64,000 nucleotides of DNA from contig OZ242214.1 of assembly GCA_965206595.1 (NCBI GenBank), positions 864,001 to 928,000 of the forward strand, read 5' to 3'. Below, one piece after another: positions 56,846-64,000 of this stretch. The position numbers and the translations under genes are program-made. The DNA is from Candidatus Latescibacterota bacterium (GTDB lineage Bacteria > Latescibacterota > UBA2968 > UBA8231). The notes under the pieces were generated by a model. It saw only the letters and a list, made by a program, of their open reading frames with translations, ran no database searches and was not told the origin of the DNA. Every line of letters begins with the position of its first letter. Within the stretch, counting starts at the first letter, position 1.

Positions 56846-58134
56846 AAGTCGTCGATGTCCAACGCACCACCGTCGTGGTGCCGTTTACGCCCCGCCAGCA
56901 GCAGATAACGGCGCGCGAGGTCTACAACTGGAATATCCTCGAACTGTGCAGGGTCTCGACCGACACCGGGCACGTCGGGTGGGGGGAGACGGTCGTCCAT
57001 TACACCTGGGGCCGGGTAACGGACGGGGCCGTGGAGAAGGTCCTGGGGCAGAGCCCGGCCCGTCTGATGCATGACGACTCTCTCGGCTGTGGTCTCCAGA
57101 TGGCCCTCTTCGACGTGGTCGGCAGGATTCTCGAGGTGCCCGTCCACCAGCTGCTGGGCACCAAGGTCAGGGACTGGGTGCCGGTCTCCTGGTGGTCGAT
57201 CGATGCCTCCCCGTCCCAATGGGCGGAAGAGGCGCAGGAGGCCGTCGCCAACGGCTACACCAGCTTCAAGGTCAAGCCGCGACCCTGGTGGGACATCCTG
57301 GAGCAGGTGGAGGCCATCCACCAGGTCGTGCCCAGCCACTTCAGGCTGGACCTGGACCCGAACGGGACCTTCCAGACGGCCGCCGCGGCCATCCCCGTTC
57401 TCGAGAAACTCGAGCGCTACGACATCGTCGCCATGTTCGAGGAGCCCATCCCCCGGGACGACATTGCGGGCAACCGGCGGATTCGGCAGGCCATCAATCG
57501 TCCCCTCGCCATGCACTTCGGCTCACCTCCATACGTCACCGTCCTGCGCGAGGAGGTCTGTGACGGGTATGTACTGTGCGCCGGCGAGTCCGCGGTCATG
57601 CGGCAGGGCATGCTCAGCGCCGAAGCGAGAATGCCCCTCTGGCTGCAGCTGGTCGGCAACGGTCTGACCACCGTCTGGGCGGCCCATCTCGGGGCGGTTC
57701 TGACCCACGCCACCTGGCCGGCGATCACCTGTGTCAATCTGTTCACGCATCAGCTGCTCAAGGAGAAGATCGAGGTCGTTGGCGGGTACCGCGAAGTGCC
57801 CGCGGGTCCGGGGCTCGGAGTCGAAGTCGATGAAGACGCGGTGGAGGAATACCGCGTGCCCGAGGCCGAACTCGAACCCTTTCGAAAGAAGGGTCAACCA
57901 TACGACCATCCGGAGCCGCGGATCATCAACACCATCCTCTACCCGGATGGCAGCTGCGTCCACATGGCTCACGCGAACCAGGGCTATTCCTACTTCATGA
58001 AATCCGGAAACGGACCGGCACAGGTCGAAGGCGTGCGGCTCGAGCTCCGGCCCGACGACGGCTCGAAGGAGTGGTCGAGTCTCTTCGGGCGCGCCTGCGT
58101 CCGGCCGGTCCGCGACCGCTACCGAAGCCGGTGA
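56842..58134 (+). CDS. Mandelate racemase/muconate lactonizing enzyme (enolase superfamily)
   Basis: GWGE, MALFDVVGR, FKVK, DPN, FEEP, GPGLGVEVDE; TTG start behind GGAGG. Confidence 0.9.
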   Translation: MKVVDVQRTTVVVPFTPRQQQITAREVYNWNILELCRVSTDTGHVGWGETVVHYTWGRVTDGAVEKVLGQSPARLMHDDSLGCGLQMALFDVVGRILEVPVHQLLGTKVRDWVPVSWWSIDASPSQWAEEAQEAVANGYTSFKVKPRPWWDILEQVEAIHQVVPSHFRLDLDPNGTFQTAAAAIPVLEKLERYDIVAMFEEPIPRDDIAGNRRIRQAINRPLAMHFGSPPYVTVLREEVCDGYVLCAGESAVMRQGMLSAEARMPLWLQLVGNGLTTVWAAHLGAVLTHATWPAITCVNLFTHQLLKEKIEVVGGYREVPAGPGLGVEVDEDAVEEYRVPEAELEPFRKKGQPYDHPEPRIINTILYPDGSCVHMAHANQGYSYFMKSGNGPAQVEGVRLELRPDDGSKEWSSLFGRACVRPVRDRYRSR

Positions 58135-58144
58135 GGAGTCGCAC

Positions 58145-59923
58145 ATGCCGCTGAATCTGAATCACGCCGATCTGACCATAGACACCCCCTGCACGCCTCC
58201 GGCCTGGGCGCTGATGGAGCGCGAGCTGATTCGCGCCCAGACCCGTGCCTGCGAGGTTTTCTTCGCCAAGTACTTCGACGAGCGGGGATACCTGAAATGC
58301 ATCCCCCGCTGGGGTGGAAACGACGGCCCCGACGACGCCATCGAGAACCTCGTCCACTGGCCCACCCTCTACCTTCTCGGGGGCTCCGATTCACTCATGG
58401 AGATGTGCAAGCTGGCCTGGGAAGGGCACCTCCGTCAGTACACGGAGGCAAAGACCACCGAGGTGCCGTTCGCCCGGGACGGCATGTACTACAAGGAATT
58501 CCCGGTCATGTTCGACTGGGTTCACAACGCCGAGGGCCTGACGACGTTCAACCACCACGGCCTCTTCGATCCGTACGAGCGCAGCTTGCAGGACCGGGTC
58601 CGCCGTTTTGCCGGCTTCTACATGAACGAAGACCCGCAGGCTCCCAACTACGACCCGGAGCACAAGATCATCCGCAGTCTCTTCAACGGCAGTCGCGGGC
58701 CCCTGCTGCGCAAGGCGACGGCCATCGACTGGGCAGGCGATCCGCTCGAGGAGGTGGAGGGGCGGTTCGTCGCCCTGCACGGAGAGCGCAGTTTCGAGGA
58801 GATGCTAGAACATTTCGCGGACTACACCGACATCATCGGCGACCACCCGCAGAACATGGTGGCCACGGCGCTGGCGTTCAACGCCTACGCCCTGACCGGG
58901 GAGGCCAGGTACAGGGACTGGGTGCTCGAATACGTCGACGCCTGGTGCGACCGCACCAGGGAGAACGGCGGCGTCATCCCGTCCAACATCGGTCTCGACG
59001 GCACTATCGGCGGGGCCTGCGACGGCAAGTGGTACGGCGGCTGCTACGGCTGGGCTTTCACCGTGACCGTTCCTCCGTCCTACGAGCCGAGCCATCGAAA
59101 CTCGGTCTTCCGGAGCATCACCGGGTTCGGCAACGCCCTGTTGCTGACCGGGGACCAGCGCTACGTCGACGTCTGGCGGGGGATGCTCGACGAGATCAAG
59201 GCGAACAAGAAGGTCGTGGAGGGGCGGGAGATGTACCCGCACATGCACGGCGACGAAGGCTGGTACGCCTTCTCGCCGCAGCCGTATTCACACGGGGCGC
59301 TCGAGGTCTACTACTGGTCCATGGACCCGGCGGACCTGTCGCGGCTCTCGACCACCTCCGGTTGGACCGGCTTTCTCGAGGGCAGCAATGCGGATTTTCC
59401 GGTGACCGCCCTGGGCGAGGATTTCGAGACGCTGCGCCGCAGGATGGAGCATGTGCTCCAGGATCCCTCGACGCCGGACACCCGGCTCTCCGACAACACC
59501 AACCGGTACAATCCCGCCATCGTATCCAACCTCGTCCACCTGATGCTGGGCGGTCTTCCAACCGAACACAGCGGCCCGCTGCACTGCCGGGTGCGCTACT
59601 TCGACCCGGTCCGGCAGCGGGCCGGTCTGCCCGAGGATGTCGGCGCCCTGGTGGAGAAACTGGGGCCGGACTCGATGACGCTGCGGCTGGTCAATCTCAA
59701 CCAGAGCGAGGCGCGCGTTCTCGTCGTGCAGGGAGGAGCCTACGGAGAGCACCGTTTCGTTCGCGCCGCGGCCGGGGAGGACGAAGTGGAGCTCGATGGC
59801 TCCAGTTTCCGCGTGCGGTTGGCACCGGGAGCGGGGGCTTGCATGGAGATAGAAATGGAGCGCTACGCCAGGCAGCCAACTTTCGCCTTCCCGTGGGATT
59901 ACGGGACCGCGGCCCGCGAGTAG
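58145..59923 (+). CDS. Conserved hypothetical protein (592 aa), paralog of 1..1611
   Basis: RBS GAGGAG; long ORF with normal composition; shares motifs with the window-edge gene. Confidence 0.88.
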   Translation: MPLNLNHADLTIDTPCTPPAWALMERELIRAQTRACEVFFAKYFDERGYLKCIPRWGGNDGPDDAIENLVHWPTLYLLGGSDSLMEMCKLAWEGHLRQYTEAKTTEVPFARDGMYYKEFPVMFDWVHNAEGLTTFNHHGLFDPYERSLQDRVRRFAGFYMNEDPQAPNYDPEHKIIRSLFNGSRGPLLRKATAIDWAGDPLEEVEGRFVALHGERSFEEMLEHFADYTDIIGDHPQNMVATALAFNAYALTGEARYRDWVLEYVDAWCDRTRENGGVIPSNIGLDGTIGGACDGKWYGGCYGWAFTVTVPPSYEPSHRNSVFRSITGFGNALLLTGDQRYVDVWRGMLDEIKANKKVVEGREMYPHMHGDEGWYAFSPQPYSHGALEVYYWSMDPADLSRLSTTSGWTGFLEGSNADFPVTALGEDFETLRRRMEHVLQDPSTPDTRLSDNTNRYNPAIVSNLVHLMLGGLPTEHSGPLHCRVRYFDPVRQRAGLPEDVGALVEKLGPDSMTLRLVNLNQSEARVLVVQGGAYGEHRFVRAAAGEDEVELDGSSFRVRLAPGAGACMEIEMERYARQPTFAFPWDYGTAARE

Positions 59924-60113
59924 GCACTGCGCGGGCTTGGTCCTTCGCGTACAAGTCCGAGTGCGCAACGACAGGGGTGGAGACGGGATTGAGGGAAAGA
60001 ATCGCAACGATGATGTTGTGGATCGAACGGCAATTTTTCTCTCGAATGCAGCGGCGGCCGAATTCACGCGGATTGCCCGCGCAGGTACAGGGTTCTCCGG
60101 GAAAGCATTGCCC

Positions 60114-62693
60114 ATGAGACCGCGGCGACTGCAGGTGGGGGTGCGGCACCTCCTTGCACTGGGGTCCACCATGTTGGGAGCGCTTTCCACCATGGCAGCT
60201 TCACAACCCTTCACGATCGCGGATCCCGAGTCAGGCGTTGCGCCTGTCGTCATCGCGCCGACCGCGTCAGCTCTCACCCGGACGAACGCGGAAGAGCTTG
60301 CCCGGATCATCGAGCGGATCTGCGGCCATCTCCCCGCCATCACGACGGAAGCGCCGGCGGAACGGGCCATCGTCGTCGGCACGGCAGCAGAGTTTCCGGA
60401 CACGCCTGGAGCGGGGGACCTGAAAGGCCAGGGCCCGGAGGCCTTTCTTTTCAAAAGCACGGCCGAGCGGCTCCACGTCGTCGGCAACAGCGACCTTGGT
60501 GTGCAGGTGGGGATCTTCACGCTGCTGCGAGAGTTGGGCTGTCGCTGGTTCTTCCCCCACGAGGCCTGGACGGTCATCCCCGAGCGGGAGACAGTGCGGA
60601 TCGAGCTCGACCGGACCGAGAGCCCGGACTTCGACTACCGGCGCATCTGGTACGGCTGGGGTGCGCGCACCGAAAAGCTCGCCGCCGACTATTCGGCGTG
60701 GAATCGGCACAACCGGATGCCCGGGTGGTTCGGCATCGCCTGCAGCCACGCGTGGGCCCAGTTCGCCCCGGGCAGCCTCCTCGAGGAGCACCCGGAGTAC
60801 TTCGCGCTCAGAGGCGGCACGCGACAGGGCCATCAGCCCTGCACGACCCATCCGGATGTGATCCGGCTGGCGACCGACCACGTGCTGAGAACCTTCGAAG
60901 AGGAGCCGCAGCGCAACATGGCGCCCTTCGATCCGAACGACAACGGCGAGTTCTGCGAAGGGGACCGCTGCCTGGCGGTCGGCACCGTCAGCGATCGCGT
61001 CTTTCTGTTTGCCAACACGGTTGCCGAGGGCCTTGCTGTCCGGTTCCCCGACAAGTACCTGGGACTGTTGGCCTACGCCTGGCACACCGATCCGCCGTCC
61101 TTCGCGCTGCACCCGAATGTCTACGTGCAGCTCACCAGGGGTCTGCGCCGGACGAAGATGACCTGGGAGGAGCAGATCGAGGCCTGGTCCGACAAGGCCG
61201 GTGCCTTCGGCGTCTACGACTACTTCTCCCTGCACGAGTGGGACGGCAGCATGCCGGGCAAGGCCAAGGGCGGCAACGTCGAATACCTGCGCAGGAACAT
61301 TCCCCACTACCACAGCCTCGGCGCCACTACCCTGGACGGGCAGTCGGGCTGCAACTGGGGTCCCAACGGTCTCGGCTATTACCTGACGGCACAGTTGACG
61401 TGGAATGTCGACGCCGACATCGACGCCGACGTCGACGACTTCTACGCCGCGGCATTCGCCGAGGCCGCGGCGCCGGTGCGGCGGTTCTACGAACGCTGGC
61501 AGGACAGCAACGAGATGAGCGAGAGAACGCTGGTGCTGGCGTACCGGGATCTGGATGCGGCACGCCGGCTGGCCGCAAGTCCCGGTGTCGAGGGGCGCCT
61601 GGATCATCTGATGATGTACCTGCACTGGCTGCGTCTCAAACACGAGTTCGCGATGGCGCGGGATCCGGAGGTGATCCTGCCGCTGGGCCGGGAGCTGATC
61701 CGGTACTCCCGGAGAATCATGGACACGGGCCTCATCCACTCCCAGGCGATCGTCCTCGGCTGGGATTTCTACAAGAGGATTCGCGGCGCCCACGGGTATG
61801 AGAAGGTCACCGAGTTGGAGGGCGTGACCGAGGAGATGGTGGAGAGCTGGAAAACGGAGAGGACCGACATCCCCGCACATGCGGAGATCGTCCGGCTCTT
61901 CGACGAGGGGCTGAAGATCTACGGCGACCGGGAAGTGCCGGAGGAGCTGCCGGCGCGGTGGTCGCGGGACCTCGTTCCGGTTTCGGTTCAGCCGTCGGAG
62001 CCGCTGCTGCAACTGCTGGATGGCCGCGCGGAGTCGCGGTTCTTTTTCGAGAAGGCCCTCCACTACTTTGCCGCCGAGGCCGGGGAATCGCTGGCGCTTC
62101 CCTTCATCGTCTTCCCGGATCATACCCTCGATGGCCATTGGACGCTCAGGAACGCGGAAACCGGCGAAGTTGTGGAGGAAGGTGACGTCCTCGAACAGCA
62201 GAATGAGAGCGCGGAAGTCAGGCTGCGGACTCCGCGCAAGGGCCTCTACGTGCTCGACCCGGGGGCCGGCTACAAGAAGGGCGGCCGGCTCGGATTCGGC
62301 CGTCGGCACATGGTGGTGGAGGCGTCCCCACGGAGCGAATTCACGACCCTGTACCCGGGGACTCCCCCCGAGGTCGAACCGCTGTTCTTCTTCGTGCCGC
62401 AAGACACCGAAATGTTCGTGCTTCGCGTCCACGCTTCCACCAGCCACGAAAGCGACGTTCGCTTTTTCGGACCGGACGGCAGGCTCGTTTCCGAACACCT
62501 CAGGCTGGTAACCGGCGCGGACCTTTCCCTGCCCGTTGATGTCCCGGTAACCGTGCCGGCAGGAGACCACGGGATCTGGGCCTTCACCATCAGCCGCAGT
62601 CCCCGTGCCACCGTCCAACTGCGCGGGGTTCCTCCCTATCTCGCCCGCCATCCGCATGAGCTGCTCATACCGGGGGATGCGCTCGTTCGCTGA
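60114..62693 (+). CDS. DUF4838-like protein with N-terminal GH20/GH67-type domain (putative glycoside hydrolase)
   Basis: LGCRWFFP, PDFDYR, HPEYFAL, PND..FCE, LAY..H..PP. Start uncertain (60114 or 60171). Confidence 0.78.
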   Translation: MRPRRLQVGVRHLLALGSTMLGALSTMAASQPFTIADPESGVAPVVIAPTASALTRTNAEELARIIERICGHLPAITTEAPAERAIVVGTAAEFPDTPGAGDLKGQGPEAFLFKSTAERLHVVGNSDLGVQVGIFTLLRELGCRWFFPHEAWTVIPERETVRIELDRTESPDFDYRRIWYGWGARTEKLAADYSAWNRHNRMPGWFGIACSHAWAQFAPGSLLEEHPEYFALRGGTRQGHQPCTTHPDVIRLATDHVLRTFEEEPQRNMAPFDPNDNGEFCEGDRCLAVGTVSDRVFLFANTVAEGLAVRFPDKYLGLLAYAWHTDPPSFALHPNVYVQLTRGLRRTKMTWEEQIEAWSDKAGAFGVYDYFSLHEWDGSMPGKAKGGNVEYLRRNIPHYHSLGATTLDGQSGCNWGPNGLGYYLTAQLTWNVDADIDADVDDFYAAAFAEAAAPVRRFYERWQDSNEMSERTLVLAYRDLDAARRLAASPGVEGRLDHLMMYLHWLRLKHEFAMARDPEVILPLGRELIRYSRRIMDTGLIHSQAIVLGWDFYKRIRGAHGYEKVTELEGVTEEMVESWKTERTDIPAHAEIVRLFDEGLKIYGDREVPEELPARWSRDLVPVSVQPSEPLLQLLDGRAESRFFFEKALHYFAAEAGESLALPFIVFPDHTLDGHWTLRNAETGEVVEEGDVLEQQNESAEVRLRTPRKGLYVLDPGAGYKKGGRLGFGRRHMVVEASPRSEFTTLYPGTPPEVEPLFFFVPQDTEMFVLRVHASTSHESDVRFFGPDGRLVSEHLRLVTGADLSLPVDVPVTVPAGDHGIWAFTISRSPRATVQLRGVPPYLARHPHELLIPGDALVR

Positions 62694-62870
62694 CCCCTCG
62701 GCAACCGAAGCGCCACCTACCGGCAAACCGATTCGGCGAGGCCTTGCCGCCGATGCCCCTACCCGAATGCGATGATGTGTTGGCGAAAGGCGGAGTGGAT
62801 TGGAGGGGAGGCCGATCGGCGTTCAACCGGGCCGGTTGATCCGGAGTCTCCGGAGGCAGTGGTCGAGAGG

Positions 62871-63578
62871 TCAACCGGACACGGAAAAGAGCCGGTTGTT
62901 GGCCGGCAATCTCAGTACGTGCGAATAGTGATGAATCTCCTCGCTTCCCACGTCAGTCGGCACCTCGAGGACGAACTCGGCGAAGTGCGGGGCATTGAAT
63001 GCGACGAAGGCCAGTGAGATCCCATCGGCTTGCCGTTCGCGCCGTGTACTCAGGTCGGGAAAGGCTACAGGTCCGGTATCCACCTGGTAGGCGCTCCGCT
63101 CGCGGTTGGTGTTCATCGACTTGACCGGGTACTCGATGATCGCCCGAAGCCCGGTCTCGTCGTTTGAGATTTCAGTCTGCGCGACGAGCGGATCGCCAGC
63201 GTAGGTCGCGGCGCAGATCGCCCGGCCATCCTCGAGCTCGACAACTTCGCCGCCTGCGACCAGGAGGTACTTCTGTCCACCGAAGAAGTCGCGCGACGGC
63301 ACGCAGCTCCTGTAGTGCTCGTGCGAGTGCGCCAGGCGCCGGAAGACGATGGATTGGTCCGGTCCGTAGATCGCCATGAAATCGTAGTTGGGCTCCTTGA
63401 AAAGATTCCGTTCGACAAAGACCTCCTCGCTCTTGCAGGAGCCGGTCTGGACGTAGTCTTCGCTCACGCCTGTGCTTTCGTCCGTGATCCGCGTGCGGGA
63501 TTCCACCCACATGCGTACTTCGTTGCCCGGTCCCTTGCCGAGCACGAACGAATGGCCGTAGTCCAGTGGTCTCATCAC
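62871..63578 (-). CDS. Hypothetical protein
   Basis: 235-aa ORF with normal composition (NEVRMWVESR, SCKSE, YPVKSMN, YQVDTGPV). Confidence 0.75.
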   Translation of the reverse strand: MMRPLDYGHSFVLGKGPGNEVRMWVESRTRITDESTGVSEDYVQTGSCKSEEVFVERNLFKEPNYDFMAIYGPDQSIVFRRLAHSHEHYRSCVPSRDFFGGQKYLLVAGGEVVELEDGRAICAATYAGDPLVAQTEISNDETGLRAIIEYPVKSMNTNRERSAYQVDTGPVAFPDLSTRRERQADGISLAFVAFNAPHFAEFVLEVPTDVGSEEIHHYSHVLRLPANNRLFSVSG

Positions 63579-63646
63579 ATGTCCTTATGGTTTTTGGAAC
63601 CGCTATGCAATTTCGGCCGGGAGGACGGTGTCGACGATTCCGCAGG

Positions 63647-64000
63647 TCAATATCCGACCCGCCGCTGCCACTGTGGCCAACTGACGGAATCGCGATCGAT
63701 TTCGGCCTTGAAGGGGATTTCGTACAGGTGTACGGCAAACGGCGCGAATGAATCAACGAACACGCCTTCCTCGACATCGAGCAGACGGTTCTCGAAGCGC
63801 ACGGCCGTGTGGTCCGCAAGACCGCTATCGGGCAGAGGCAGCGTGAAGCGGGCCTTAACCGGCTCGTCGAGGCCGTTGACGGCGATCAGGAAGTAACCGC
63901 TCGCTGTCTCCCGCAGGGACAGGTGCAGGGGGTTGTATGCCAGCTTCTCCGCATGCATGTCGGTTTTGATCTCGTCGACGTCGCCGGGGCCCTCGATGAT
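63647..64000 (-). CDS. C-terminal part of a gene entering from the right edge (beta-sandwich-like tail)
   Basis: Frame open to the window end: ...YFLIAVN...VRFENR...DSFAPFAVHLY. Confidence 0.7.
   Translation of the reverse strand: MIEGPGDVDEIKTDMHAEKLAYNPLHLSLRETASGYFLIAVNGLDEPVKARFTLPLPDSGLADHTAVRFENRLLDVEEGVFVDSFAPFAVHLYEIPFKAEIDRDSVSWPQWQRRVGY

Overview
High-GC bacterial window with no rRNA, tRNA, CRISPR array or intact mobile element. The gene content (sulfatase, PhyH dioxygenases, BNR proteins, ASPIC/UnbV FG-GAP proteins, DUF6785-like and DUF5916-like proteins, FlgD/CHU_C-like C-termini, a C-terminal SWGxIK motif) suggests an FCB-group lineage such as Ca. Latescibacterota; this is inference only. 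Family names come from recognising motifs by eye, not from database searches. There are three zones. (1) 1-16.7 kb: catabolic genes (hydantoinase/oxoprolinase A+B, metallophosphoesterase, BNR protein, amidohydrolase, sulfatase, two tandem AlkP-superfamily enzymes). (2) 17-47.5 kb: cell-envelope island. Its core is a tightly packed minus-strand cluster A1-B1-A2-A3-B2-B3-PPIase (25.9-43.3 kb). The three ~950-aa family A paralogs have signal peptides, D/N-rich Ca-binding-like segments and beta-strand-rich C-termini. The three family B paralogs have discoidin-like domains and a TPNxDGxND...Y C-terminal domain. This is the best candidate for an undescribed outer-membrane partner/cargo surface-display system. 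(3) 47.8-64 kb: further catabolic and glycan-type genes. Many 'intergenic' gaps are gene remnants: collapsed Gfo/Idh/MocA and PPIase genes, a half cupredoxin, a PhyH::SWxxIK chimera, and an orphan promoter facing a truncated gene. Together with several frameshifts, this points to deletion-driven decay and/or assembly error.
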